Positions 39,588 to 48,937 of a stretch of 64,000 bases of DNA are shown here, in pieces; position 1 is the first letter of the stretch; the number at the start of each line of letters is the position of its first letter. Source of the DNA: Anaeromyxobacter sp. Lineage in GTDB: Bacteria; Myxococcota; Myxococcia; Myxococcales; Anaeromyxobacteraceae. Location: positions 1 to 64,000 of the forward strand of contig JASGJN010000016.1 of assembly GCA_049840735.1 (NCBI GenBank), written 5' to 3'. The translations under genes and the position numbers were made by a program. Under the pieces are notes generated by a model. It saw only the letters and a list, made by a program, of their open reading frames with translations. It did no database searches and was not told the DNA's origin.

Positions 39588-39712
39588 ACGGTCTTCTTGG
39601 CCTTGCGCTTGCGGGAGTTGCTGAGCACGCGCTTCCGCTTCGCCTGCACGCGCTTCACCTTGGACCGGTTGGACACCTTCCGCTTGGAGCGGTTGCTGCG
39701 CTGGGCGGGCAT
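39584..39712 (-). CDS. Small highly basic protein (42 aa)
   Basis: MPAQRSNRSKRKVSNRSKVKRVQAKRKRVLSNSRKRKAKKTV with an AAGGAG RBS and biased codons. Confidence 0.75.
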   Translation of the reverse strand: MPAQRSNRSKRKVSNRSKVKRVQAKRKRVLSNSRKRKAKKTV

Positions 39713-39813
39713 TCGACTCTCCTTCGTTCGCGAGGGCGGCGGCTCGCCGCCGGGTGGGGCTTCCAAAAAAGGGCGCGAGTCTCGCCGCCCCGTGGGCATC
39801 CGTCAAGGGCGGC

Positions 39814-40917
39814 TCACTCCAGCCAGTCCCGGTCCCGCAGCTTCCTCGGCAGGTACTCCTCGGTGATGAAGCTGATGCCGCGCCGGGAGAGGGCCTCCAG
39901 CTCGTACTTCTCGCCGGAGCGGACCATCTCCTGGATCTCCTTCTGCCACTTGGGCGCCTGGAACCAGGGGTACGCCAGCATCTGCTTGGCGCGCGACTGG
40001 TCCTGGTCGTTCATGGGGATGGAGACGTTGCTGGGCAGCTTGTACTTGGTCTTGTCGAACGACGACAGGCCCACGAAGCGCGCCCCGGGCACGGCCATGC
40101 GCATCGACTCGTAGGCCAGGTTGATCGAGCCCTGCTTGAGCACCGAGTAGATGTAGAAGCCCCAGGGATCGTTGTCGACCAGCACGTACACCGGCAGCTT
40201 CAGCTCGGTGTGCAGCCGCTGCACCACCCGGCGCACGCCGCGGGGCGGCTGCCCCTGGCCGGTCACGATGATGCACTTCTCGCGCTGCCAGAACTTGTCC
40301 TCGTTGAAGCGCTTCCAGACGGCGTCCTTCTCGATGAGCAGGATGTACTTCGCCTCGCTCTTGCCGAACTGGACCACGTGCTCCTCGACGATGGAGGGCA
40401 CCGACCAGCCGCCCGAGCCCATGCGGCGCAGGTCGATGGTGTCCCCGGTGTCGCGGATGGTGAGCGGGCCGACCATCGAGCCGCGCCCGGTGGCGAAGAG
40501 GTGCAGCTCCTCGCGCAGGGCGTCGATGGACACCTCCAGGTCCTCGATGATGGGATCCGACTCCTCCTGCTCCTCGAAGGTGTTCTGCTTGGTGTCCCCG
40601 AGGCCGTGCTTGGTCATGTAGTAGAGGTCGCGGATGCTCGTCGTCTTGCCGGCGTCGATGAGCTCCTTGCAGGCCTCCGAGACCAGGAACGTCTGCATGA
40701 ACTTCTTGGCCATGCTGACGTTGAAGAAGTAGCGCTTCTGGCGCTGGTTCCCCAGCTCGATGAGCCGCTTCTTCTCGTTGAAGCGGACGTTGGCCAGCGA
40801 GCGGATGGGGATCTCGAGGAACGGGTTCTTCCCGCCCTTCACGCTCTTGAGGACGCTGTCCGCCAGCTTCTCGATCTTCTGGACGGTCTGCTTGTCGATC
40901 TGGTCGAGCCTGGGCAT
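39814..40917 (-). CDS. top6A: DNA topoisomerase VI subunit A (Spo11-like)
   Basis: TSIRDLYY catalytic Tyr region, IEKDAV, TGQGQP, VDNDPWG TOPRIM motif and KYELEAL. Confidence 0.95.
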   Translation of the reverse strand: MPRLDQIDKQTVQKIEKLADSVLKSVKGGKNPFLEIPIRSLANVRFNEKKRLIELGNQRQKRYFFNVSMAKKFMQTFLVSEACKELIDAGKTTSIRDLYYMTKHGLGDTKQNTFEEQEESDPIIEDLEVSIDALREELHLFATGRGSMVGPLTIRDTGDTIDLRRMGSGGWSVPSIVEEHVVQFGKSEAKYILLIEKDAVWKRFNEDKFWQREKCIIVTGQGQPPRGVRRVVQRLHTELKLPVYVLVDNDPWGFYIYSVLKQGSINLAYESMRMAVPGARFVGLSSFDKTKYKLPSNVSIPMNDQDQSRAKQMLAYPWFQAPKWQKEIQEMVRSGEKYELEALSRRGISFITEEYLPRKLRDRDWLE

Positions 40918-40920
40918 GGC

Positions 40921-43050
40921 CTACTCCTGCTCCTCTTCCGACCGGCGCGGCCGCCGAGTGATCTTCTCCGACTGCTCCTGCAGGGCCGCGTCCTGCTCGG
41001 CCAGCTCCTGCTCGGTCACCTTGTCCGCCAGGCGCAGGAACTCGCGCTTGATGGGATCGGCGCTCCGCTTCGTGATCCGGCCGATCGACTGCGCCACCTC
41101 CTGGATGTACAGCTCGAAGAGGCTGCGGCGCTGGGCCTGGTAGTCCAGGTGCTTCTTCTTCCGGATGTGCGCGGCCAGCTTGCGCCCGCACTCCTGCGCG
41201 GCCAGCTGGATCTCGCGCATGATCTCCGGGTAGTGGGCCACGGCCTCCTTGGCCTCGCTGGTGAACGGCACCCAGACCGAGGCGATGTGGACCAGCAGCG
41301 CCATGGGGCCGACCGGCAGCGAGCCCTTGGGCTGGCTGAGCAGGTAGTTGCGCCAGTCGGTCTTGACGATGGCCTCGGTCATGCCGCAGGCGCCGCGCTG
41401 GAAGAGCAGCGGCACGCGGTTCGCGAAGCGGAACAGCTCGATGGGCTTGTCGGCGGGCCAGGAGCCGCCGTACGCGAGCCCGACCTCCACCTGGAAGGGG
41501 TTCCCGCGGTAGACCTTGGGCGGCCGCGTGACGGTGGAGATGAAGTAGTTGTGCCCCTTGATCTTCTCGACGCCCTCCTCGGGCGGCGCGTCGGGCACCT
41601 CGGGCGCGGCGGCCTTGGCCTCCTTCTCCTTCTTCGACGACTTCTTCTTCCTGGCCTGGTCGAGGTCGAGCTGCTCGTCCGCCTCCGGCCCCTCGGTCTC
41701 GATCACGTTGAGGAAGGAGATGAGCCCCTTCTTCATGAGCTCGTCGCCGATGGGCGAGAGCACCTGCGTCGGCGGCGCCATGATCTTCGTGGCGGCGATG
41801 GCCTTGTGCAGCCGGTCGGCCAGGTCGCGATCCTCGGCCAGGTCGCGGGGGCGGACCCTGGCCTTGAACCCGGCGGCCTTGACGATCTCCTCCGCCACCG
41901 GCCCCGACACGCGCGAGAAGGCGGTCTGCAGGAACCCCTTCACGTCGTGGCTCTTGGAGTCGGCCGCCATCACCATCAGGGCGCCCAGCTCGACGCCGTG
42001 CGGGTGGGGCTTGATCTCCTGCGCCTCCTTGGGCAGCTCCTCGGTGGCGCGCGGGAAGCTGAGCCGCTCCTGGCGCGGCCGCACGTAGTGGAAGGTGGCG
42101 TGCGGGTTGGAGAGGGCGGTGTGCTCGACGTAGCGGTTCACGAACCGCTGCCCCTGCTGCCAGTTGGCGACGATCTCCAGCTCCACCCGCGTGCCGTGTT
42201 CCTGGTGCCACTCGGCCAGCTCCCGGTCGGCGGTGACGACCGGGTTGTTCTTGCGGGTGTCGATCTGGATCTCGAACCAGTGGGCCGGCTTGCTCTTCGC
42301 GATCCGCGAGGTGACGCGGATGGGCTGGCCGGTGGTCAGCTGGCCGTACATGGCGGCGGCGCTGATGCCGATGCCCTGCTGGCCGCGGCTCTGCTTGAGC
42401 CGGTGGAACTTGGAGCCGTAGAGCAGCTTGCCGAAGATCTTGGGCGCCTGGGCCTTCACGATGCCGGGCCCGTTGTCCTCGATCACCACCACGAAGCGCC
42501 CCTCGCCCTTGGTCAGGTCGCCCTCGCCGCTGGGCTTGAGCGCCAGGTCGCGGACCTCGATGGTGATCTCGGGGAGGATGCCGGCCTCCTCGCAGGCGTC
42601 GAGCGAGTTGTCCACGGCCTCCTTGATGGTGGTGAGGAGGGCCTTGGAGGCGTTGTCGAAGCCGAGCAGGTGCCGGTTCTTGGTGAAGAACTCCGAGATG
42701 GAGATCTCGCGCTGCTTGGCGGCCATCTGCTCGGCGGTGGCCCGCCGGCGCGGCGCCTTCTCGACGGGCGCGGCCGGCTCGGCCTCCACCGGCTCGGGCG
42801 CGGGCGCCTCCGCGACGGGCGGCGCCGCCCTGCCCCTGGCCGCGGCCTTGCCCTTTCCCTTGCCCTTGGCCGGCGGCGGTGGGGGCGGCGCCGCGCGCCT
42901 GCCCGGAGGTGGCGCGGCCGCCTTGGCGCCACGCCCGCGCGCCGGCGTCGCCGGCACCACCAGCTCGAGCTGGCTCGGCGCCCTGCCCGCCGGCTTCACC
43001 TTCCCGCCCTTCGCCGCCTTCGCCGCCGCTGCGCTCTTCCGAGCCGCCAT
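40921..43050 (-). CDS. top6B: DNA topoisomerase VI subunit B
   Basis: REISISEFF, KEAVDNSLDACEE, EDNGPGI, QSRGQQGIGIS, KPHPHG, RFANRVPLL and VPFTSEAKE motifs. Confidence 0.95.
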   Translation of the reverse strand: MAARKSAAAAKAAKGGKVKPAGRAPSQLELVVPATPARGRGAKAAAPPPGRRAAPPPPPPAKGKGKGKAAARGRAAPPVAEAPAPEPVEAEPAAPVEKAPRRRATAEQMAAKQREISISEFFTKNRHLLGFDNASKALLTTIKEAVDNSLDACEEAGILPEITIEVRDLALKPSGEGDLTKGEGRFVVVIEDNGPGIVKAQAPKIFGKLLYGSKFHRLKQSRGQQGIGISAAAMYGQLTTGQPIRVTSRIAKSKPAHWFEIQIDTRKNNPVVTADRELAEWHQEHGTRVELEIVANWQQGQRFVNRYVEHTALSNPHATFHYVRPRQERLSFPRATEELPKEAQEIKPHPHGVELGALMVMAADSKSHDVKGFLQTAFSRVSGPVAEEIVKAAGFKARVRPRDLAEDRDLADRLHKAIAATKIMAPPTQVLSPIGDELMKKGLISFLNVIETEGPEADEQLDLDQARKKKSSKKEKEAKAAAPEVPDAPPEEGVEKIKGHNYFISTVTRPPKVYRGNPFQVEVGLAYGGSWPADKPIELFRFANRVPLLFQRGACGMTEAIVKTDWRNYLLSQPKGSLPVGPMALLVHIASVWVPFTSEAKEAVAHYPEIMREIQLAAQECGRKLAAHIRKKKHLDYQAQRRSLFELYIQEVAQSIGRITKRSADPIKREFLRLADKVTEQELAEQDAALQEQSEKITRRPRRSEEEQE

Positions 43051-43188
43051 GAGCCGTAACCTCGCGATATCTGCCGCCATCGCCCGTGTAACACGAGCGG
43101 GCGGTGGGCGCGAGAAAGCGGCAGGCGGTGGGGCGCCTGGTTTCGAGCCTGTCGGCGGGTGGTTGCGGGTGGGAGCGCGCGGTCGCTC

Positions 43189-43313
43189 CCGTTCGCGGTT
43201 CGACAAGCTCACCGCGAACGGAGGCGTGCACCGCGAACGGAGGCAGCTCACCGCGACCTGAGGCCGCTCACCGCGAGCGGAGCCAGCCCAGCCAAGGCCA
43301 GCGCCGCGAACGG
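43189..43313. repeat. REP-like hairpin plus four or five degenerate ~19-20 bp tandem copies of GCTCACCGCGAACGGAGG
   Basis: CCGTTCGCGGT-TCGACAAGCTC-ACCGCGAACGG, followed by repeated CACCGCGA(A/C/G)C(G/T)G units. Confidence 0.7.
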
Positions 43314-43324
43314 CCCTCCCCCCC

Positions 43325-43376
43325 CCGTTCGCCCTGAGCGTAGCCGGGGCCCGCGGCCCCGGCGGAGTCGAAGGGC
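43325..43376 (+). repeat. REP-like palindromic element, copy A
   Basis: CCGTTCGCCCTGAGCGTAG-[GC hairpin]-GGAGTCGAAGGGC. Confidence 0.75.
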
Positions 43377-43396
43377 AGGGACGGAACGGCCGGACG

Positions 43397-43837
43397 CTAC
43401 TGCCGCAGCGCCAGCCCGCAGCTGGTGGCGCCGCTCGTCACCACGAAGTCCGGCGCATTGAACGGCTCGCTGGTCCCGCCGTCGATGATGAGCACGTCGT
43501 AGGAGCCCTCCGTGCTCGGCGCGGTGAAGCTGCAGGCGAACGGCTGCACATCGCAGGCAGCGTCGCAGCTCCCGGTCTCGCAAGCCTGGACCCGGGTGTC
43601 GAGCTGGATGACATGCTCCGCCTCGTCCACGATGACCGCGCAGGTGGCGCCGCTCTGGTGGCAATCCGGGCAGAGGCGGACGGGCAGGTTGACCGCCTCG
43701 CCAGGGTGGGCGGAGCAGCTCGCCACCGCCTGCACGTCCGGCGGCGCCGAGGCGCAATCCTCCTCCCCACAGCTCGTGACGACGAGCGCAGAAGAGGCGA
43801 GCAAGGCAGCGAGCGCTGCGCGGCGGGTGGTGGTCAT
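43397..43837 (-). CDS. Cys-rich hypothetical lipoprotein
   Basis: Signal peptide ending VTSC, with multiple cysteines. Confidence 0.7.
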   Translation of the reverse strand: MTTTRRAALAALLASSALVVTSCGEEDCASAPPDVQAVASCSAHPGEAVNLPVRLCPDCHQSGATCAVIVDEAEHVIQLDTRVQACETGSCDAACDVQPFACSFTAPSTEGSYDVLIIDGGTSEPFNAPDFVVTSGATSCGLALRQ

Positions 43838-43955
43838 GTGCGGTCCTCCTCGACGGAACCGGCAGATCATCCCGAACTGGGGGGCCGGGGCAAGCATTCG
43901 TGCGCCGGGCGTGGGTCGAAAGGTGGGACGGCCGGGGTCCACCCTGCATTCACCC

Positions 43956-44360
43956 CTACTGGCCGCGGAGGAAGCGGGAGGCGCAGAGCGGGGCGGCGTT
44001 GCCCTGGGTGTCGAGGTCCGCCTGGGCAAACTCGATCATGCAGACGCAGCGCCCCTGATTACAGGCGGCCGGATCGCCGGGCAGGAAGAAGTACTCGCTC
44101 CTGCAGTAGGGCGCGTCAGCGGACGCGTGAGGACATTGCTGGAGATCTACATAGTCCGGCCGGCACTCGGTCTGCTGGCCGACGTAGGCGCCCTGATACG
44201 CAGCCATCATGATCAGCGCGTCATCGATGGTGGCGCCGTCCCCCGCCAGCGCGGAGCACTCGCTCGCGAACCTGTCGAAGACCTTGTGCTCCTCGCTCTT
44301 GCCGCAGGCGGCGACGAGCAGGAGCAGGAGCGCCGCCACCTGTCCACACCGGAGCCTCAT
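43956..44360 (-). CDS. Cys-rich hypothetical lipoprotein
   Basis: LLLLLVAAC lipobox, with multiple cysteines. Confidence 0.65.
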   Translation of the reverse strand: MRLRCGQVAALLLLLVAACGKSEEHKVFDRFASECSALAGDGATIDDALIMMAAYQGAYVGQQTECRPDYVDLQQCPHASADAPYCRSEYFFLPGDPAACNQGRCVCMIEFAQADLDTQGNAAPLCASRFLRGQ

Positions 44361-44446
44361 TCCTACAGGATTATCCTGCGCTTCCGGGCCTTGCCAGGGC
44401 TGCGTCGGGGCAGCTACGACTCCCTGGTGGGGTGAACGGAGGTCGC

Positions 44447-44989
44447 GTGCTGTCGATCGAGACGGTGGCGGTGGTGGGCGCGGGCGAGGCGGGCACCCGC
44501 TTCGCCGTGCTGGCGGCGCTCGCCGGCTGCTCCGTCCGCGTCCACGACACGTCCCCGGGCGCCCTGGAGCGCGGCTTCGAGGCGGTGCGGCAGCTGGTCG
44601 AGGCGGCCGGGGCCGCCGGCATGTTCACGCCCCGCGACCGGCAGCGCATCCTCGACGGCGTCCTCTTCACCACCGATCTCGACGAGGCGGTCATCGCCGC
44701 CGACCTGGTGCTGGACGCGGGCGGCGAAGGCGCGGCCGAGCGGCTGGCGCGGCTCACGGTGGTGACGCGCGCCAGCTCGCCGCTGGCCACCGTGGACGCG
44801 CCGCCCGCCGACCTGGCCCGCCTGCCGCAGCCGGGCCGGGTGCTGGCGCTGCGCCTGGCCGAGGGCGCCGGCCCGGTGCCGCAGCTGCTGGTGGTGCCCG
44901 CCGCGGCCACCGCTGCCCACGCCATCGCACGCGCCGAGGACTTCGCCCGCCGGCTCAACCGCGCGGCGCAGGCGCAGGACGCGGCCTGA
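44447..44989 (+). CDS. 3-hydroxyacyl-CoA dehydrogenase NAD-binding-domain-only protein
   Basis: [10 protein letters not shown] and [17 protein letters not shown] motifs; no C-terminal catalytic/dimerisation domain. Confidence 0.75.
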   Translation: MLSIETVAVVGAGEAGTRFAVLAALAGCSVRVHDTSPGALERGFEAVRQLVEAAGAAGMFTPRDRQRILDGVLFTTDLDEAVIAADLVLDAGGEGAAERLARLTVVTRASSPLATVDAPPADLARLPQPGRVLALRLAEGAGPVPQLLVVPAAATAAHAIARAEDFARRLNRAAQAQDAA

Positions 44990-45068
44990 GTCCTCTCCCG
45001 CGCGGGCCCCCGCCGGCCGTTGCCGCCCCGCCCCTCCGGCGCTAGTAAAGCGGCCGGAGGCAACGACC

Positions 45069-45566
45069 ATGCTCGCACCGCTGCTGGCCCTCGCGCTGAC
45101 CGCGCCGCTCAAGGTGGGCGACAAGGCCCCGGACTTCACGCTCCCCGACACCGACGGCAAGCCGGTCCAGCTCTCGGCGCTGCTCCAGCGCGGCCCGGTG
45201 ATGCTGGCCTTCTACCCCAAGGCCTTCACCTCCGGCTGCACCAAGCAGAACGAGGCCTTCCGCGACAGGTTCGCCGAGGTGGAGAAGAAGGGCGCCCAGG
45301 TGGTGGGCATCTCCACCGACGACGTGGAGACCCAGCGCAGGTTCAGGGCCGAGCTGAAGCTCCCCTACCCGCTCCTCGCCGATCCGGAGGCCAAGGTGGT
45401 GAACGCGTACGTGGGCACCATCCCGGTGGTCGGGCGCGCCAACCGGGCCAACGTGATCATCGGCCAGGACGGCAAGGTGACCGGGCTGGTCGAGGGGAGC
45501 GACGCCATCGACCCCTCGTCCGCCATCTCGATGTGCCCGCTGCGCAAGGCCGGAGGCTCGCCATGA
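45069..45566 (+). CDS. Peroxiredoxin (BCP/PrxQ type)
   Basis: [27 protein letters not shown] and YPLLAD motifs. Confidence 0.92.
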   Translation: MLAPLLALALTAPLKVGDKAPDFTLPDTDGKPVQLSALLQRGPVMLAFYPKAFTSGCTKQNEAFRDRFAEVEKKGAQVVGISTDDVETQRRFRAELKLPYPLLADPEAKVVNAYVGTIPVVGRANRANVIIGQDGKVTGLVEGSDAIDPSSAISMCPLRKAGGSP

Positions 45567-45781
45567 GCCTCGCCGACACGCTGGTGGCCACGCTCCGCCG
45601 CAAGCTGCTGGGCATCTCGCCGGAGGAGATCCGCTTCACCTTCGAGGACGTCCGTGGCGAGCTGCGCGCGGTGCGCGCGGAGCTGAAGGAGGAGCTCGCC
45701 CAGCTGCGCCGCGAGCTGGACGCGCTCCCGTCCCGCCAGGACCGCACACGCGGGCCGGAGATCCCGGTCGCCGAGGCCTGA
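45563..45781 (+). CDS. Small hypothetical coiled-coil protein (72 aa)
   Basis: ATGA overlap with the peroxiredoxin gene and a GGAGG RBS. Confidence 0.65.
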   Translation: MSLADTLVATLRRKLLGISPEEIRFTFEDVRGELRAVRAELKEELAQLRRELDALPSRQDRTRGPEIPVAEA

Positions 45782-45804
45782 GAGGTCCCGCCCCGCACCT
45801 GGCC

Positions 45805-45854
45805 CCATTCGGCCTGAGCGTAGCGAACCCGCAGGGCTCGCGGAGTCGAAGGCC
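45805..45854 (+). repeat. REP-like palindromic element, copy B
   Basis: CCATTCGGCCTGAGCGTAG-[hairpin]-GGAGTCGAAGGCC between convergent genes. Confidence 0.75.
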
Positions 45855-45861
45855 AGCAGCC

Positions 45862-46779
45862 TCAGCCCGGGATCCCATCCTCCACGATCACCCGCCGCAC
45901 CACCGCCTCGCCCGCCCCGGCAACGAGCCGCTCGCCCTCGCGCCAGTGCGCGCGGCGCAGGTAGCCCAGCCCCACCCGGCCGTCCGGCGTGGCCGCCGCG
46001 CTGGTCACCCGCCCCACCTCGGCGCCGCCCGGGGCGAGGAGCGGCGTGCCCGGGCCGGCCCCCTCCGGCAGCGCCAGCTGCACCAGCCCGCGCTGCAGGT
46101 GGCCGCGGGCGGTGGCCCGCACCACCACCTCCTGGCCGATGTAGCACCCCTTGGTGAAGGAGATGGCGGAGCGGGTCAGCCCCGCCTCCATGGGGAGCCG
46201 GCCCTCGTCCAGCTCGGCGCCCCAGCGCGGCTGGCCGCCCAGCACGCGCAGCGCCTCCAGCGCCGCCCCGTCCAGCGCCGGCCAGCCCTCCGCCACCAGC
46301 TCGGCGCGGAGCGCCTCCGCCTCGGCCGGCGGCAGCCAGGCCTCCAGCCCGGGCGCGCCGTGGCGGGCGGTCTCCACCCGGCGCGGGCCGCCGCGCGCGC
46401 CCAGCCGCTCCCGCGCCTGCGGCCCCAGCAGCGGCACCGCGCGCAGCGTGGCCGAGGCGTCGGCCAGCGCCACCTCGTCCATCACCACCAGCTTCTCCAG
46501 CAGCGCCTGGGTGCCGGGGCGCGCGGCCGGGTCGAGCGCCAGCAGCGCGCCGTCCTCCTCCACGCGCACGATCCCCTCGCCCACCAGGTGCCCCCTGGCC
46601 GTGAGGAAGGCGGCGTGCGCGGCCTGCCCCGGGGCGAGCCGGGCCAGGTCCTGGGTGGACATGCGGTGCAGGTAGTCCCGGGCGTCCTTGCCGGTGGCGC
46701 GCAGGAAGCCCGGCGCCAGCACCGGCCCCACGGCCGCGCCGGCGCGCGCAGCGGCCAGCTGTTCGGAGAGCGTCGTCAC
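45862..46779 (-). CDS. ygfZ: YgfZ/GcvT-like folate-binding protein
   Basis: TGKDARDYLHRMSTQD and the ISFTKGCYIGQEVV signature. Confidence 0.9.
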   Translation of the reverse strand: MTTLSEQLAAARAGAAVGPVLAPGFLRATGKDARDYLHRMSTQDLARLAPGQAAHAAFLTARGHLVGEGIVRVEEDGALLALDPAARPGTQALLEKLVVMDEVALADASATLRAVPLLGPQARERLGARGGPRRVETARHGAPGLEAWLPPAEAEALRAELVAEGWPALDGAALEALRVLGGQPRWGAELDEGRLPMEAGLTRSAISFTKGCYIGQEVVVRATARGHLQRGLVQLALPEGAGPGTPLLAPGGAEVGRVTSAAATPDGRVGLGYLRRAHWREGERLVAGAGEAVVRRVIVEDGIPG

Positions 46780-46829
46780 GCCCAGGAATTAACCGCCCGG
46801 CGGCCGCGGCTCAAGCGCCGCGAGCGGCG

Positions 46830-47690
46830 CTACCCGCGCTCGGTCAGGATCACGCCGGCCAGCACCAGCGCCCCGCCCGCCACGAACGGCCCGGTGAGCC
46901 GCTCGCCGTACACCGCCCAGGCCAGGAGCGCGGTCAGCACCGGCTGGAGGTTGGACCAGATGGCCACCCGGCTCGCGTCGGCGCGGGAGAGCGCCCAGTA
47001 GTAGAGCAGGTAGGCCACCACGCTGGTCATCGCCACCAGGTAGCCCAGGCTGGTCCAGGCCGTCCCGGAGAGCGCGGCGAAGCGGTGCAGGTCGCTCCTC
47101 CAGAGGCCCACCGGCAGGTAGATGAGGGTGCCGATCACGATGGCGGCGCTGGTGGAGACCACCGGGCCGTAGCGCTGCGCGTAGACCTTGCCGCCCACCG
47201 CGAAGAGCGCCCAGGCCACCACCGCCAGCAGGATCATCAGGTCGCCGACGAGCTGATCCGGCGAGCCGCCCAGCGCCACCAGCCCGCGCGCGCCCAGCAC
47301 CACCACCACCCCGGCGAACGCCAGCGCGATGCCGAGGAGCTTCCGCGGCGTGGCCTGCTCGCCCAGGCGCAGGCGCGCCAGCAGGAACACGAAGATGGGC
47401 GTGAGCGCGTAGAGCAGCGCGGCGTGGCCGGGCGTGGAGCGGGCCAGCCCGGCCAGGAAGAAGCCCTGGTTGAGCGGCACGGCCAGCGCGCCCAGGGCGG
47501 TGAGGCCCACGAGGTCGCGGGGCGCGATGCGCGCGCGGCGGTGCAGGAGCAGCGCGCCGAAGACCAGGCCGGCCACGCAGAAGCGGAACAGCGCCACCTC
47601 GAAGGGCGGGAGCTCGTCCAGCGCCCGCTTGGCGGCGATGTAGGTTCCGGCCGAGATGGCCGAGTGGATCAGCATGACGAGTTGGATCAC
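46830..47690 (-). CDS. DMT/EamA family transporter
   Basis: About 10 hydrophobic segments; LGEQ...KLLGI, GDLMIL and NLQPV...GERLT motifs. Confidence 0.9.
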   Translation of the reverse strand: MIQLVMLIHSAISAGTYIAAKRALDELPPFEVALFRFCVAGLVFGALLLHRRARIAPRDLVGLTALGALAVPLNQGFFLAGLARSTPGHAALLYALTPIFVFLLARLRLGEQATPRKLLGIALAFAGVVVVLGARGLVALGGSPDQLVGDLMILLAVVAWALFAVGGKVYAQRYGPVVSTSAAIVIGTLIYLPVGLWRSDLHRFAALSGTAWTSLGYLVAMTSVVAYLLYYWALSRADASRVAIWSNLQPVLTALLAWAVYGERLTGPFVAGGALVLAGVILTERG

Positions 47691-47762
47691 GGGTGGGGTT
47701 CCGTCGGAGGCGGCGGGAATGTAGACGATTCCCGGCGCGGCGCAACCCGCGGCGCGAACCCT

Positions 47763-47813
47763 GGCCTTCGACTCCGGGCCCGCCGAGGCGGGCCCTACGC
47801 TCCGGCCGAACGG
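47763..47813 (-). repeat. REP-like palindromic element, copy C
   Basis: Minus strand reads CCGTTCGGCCGGAGCGTAG-GGCCCGCCTCGGCGGGCC-CGGAGTCGAAGGCC. Confidence 0.75.
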
Positions 47814-47842
47814 AGGGTCCGCGCGCGGCGCCGGAGGCGCGC

Positions 47843-48862
47843 TCAGGCGTCGAGCTGCGCCAGCGCCCACCGCGCCGCGGCGCGGATCCCGTCGTGCGGT
47901 GAGTCGAGGTGCGCGCGCACCGCCTCGAGGTGCTCCCGCGCGCCCTGCAGCCCCACCTGCAGGAGCGCGTTGCGGACCAGCCCGTCGCGCCGGGCGCGGG
48001 CCAGCGCCGTGCCGTGCGCCCAGGCCGCGTAGCGCTCGGGGTCGAGCGAGAGGAGCGCGGAGAGCGGCAGCGCCGCCTGCCCGACGCGGGGCAGGAGCTC
48101 CGGGTCGCTGGCCTCGGGGAGCCCCTGGTTCCACGGGCAGACGGTCTGGCAGTCGTCGCAGCCGAACACCCAGCGCCCGAGCCGTCCGGCCATCTCCGGC
48201 GGGATCTCCCCCCGCCGCTCGATGGTCCAGAAGGAGATGCAGCGCCGGGCGTCCACCAGCCCGGGCTCGGGGATGGCGCCGGTGGGGCACGCCGACAGGC
48301 AGGCGGCGCAGCGGCCGCAGCGCTCCGGGAACGGCGCGTCCGGGTCGAGCTCGCGGTCGGTGAGCACCAGCGCCAGCAGCACCCAGCTGCCCCACTCCGG
48401 CGTGATGAGGCAGCCGTTCTTCCCCACCCAGCCCAGGCCGGCCCGCTGCGCCCAGACCTTCTCCATCACCGGCCCGATGTCCGCCCCGGCCCAGAGCTGG
48501 ACGCCGGGGTCGAGCGCCCGGAGCGCGGCCACCAGCAGCTTGAGCCGCTTCTTCATCACGCCGTGGTAGTCCCGGCCGCGCGCGTAGCGGGCCACCTCGC
48601 CGGTGCCCGGCGGCGGCGGGGCGGACGCGCCGGCGTGGTACGGCAGCGCCAGCGCCACCACGCTGCGCGCGCCGGGGAGGACCCGCGCCGGGTCCAGCCG
48701 CTCCGCGCGCTGGCTCCGCAGCCAGCTCATGTCCGCCTCGAAGCCGCGCGCCAGCATCCGGTCGAGGGGGCCGGGATCGAGCGGCTCGGCCCTGGCCACG
48801 CCGGCCTTCCAGAACCCGGCCTGGCGGGCGGCCTCCTTCACCTGGGCGGCGTCGAGCGGCAT
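47843..48862 (-). CDS. queG: tRNA epoxyqueuosine reductase
   Basis: RYARGRDYH, AGLGWVGKN, CGRCAACLSACPTGA, CISFWTIE and FGCDDCQTVCPWN motifs. Confidence 0.95.
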   Translation of the reverse strand: MPLDAAQVKEAARQAGFWKAGVARAEPLDPGPLDRMLARGFEADMSWLRSQRAERLDPARVLPGARSVVALALPYHAGASAPPPPGTGEVARYARGRDYHGVMKKRLKLLVAALRALDPGVQLWAGADIGPVMEKVWAQRAGLGWVGKNGCLITPEWGSWVLLALVLTDRELDPDAPFPERCGRCAACLSACPTGAIPEPGLVDARRCISFWTIERRGEIPPEMAGRLGRWVFGCDDCQTVCPWNQGLPEASDPELLPRVGQAALPLSALLSLDPERYAAWAHGTALARARRDGLVRNALLQVGLQGAREHLEAVRAHLDSPHDGIRAAARWALAQLDA

Positions 48863-48937
48863 GCGCGCTTTCTAACGCGGGAGAGGCTCCCGGCCGCCCC
48901 GTTTCCGCCCCTCCCGGATCGTCCGGCGGCTGAAATT

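Noticed and set aside
43207..43313. Short repeat series as a CRISPR array
   Set aside because: The units are nearly contiguous with a ~19-20 bp period and no unique spacers, there are no cas genes, and the units derive from the adjacent REP-like arm.
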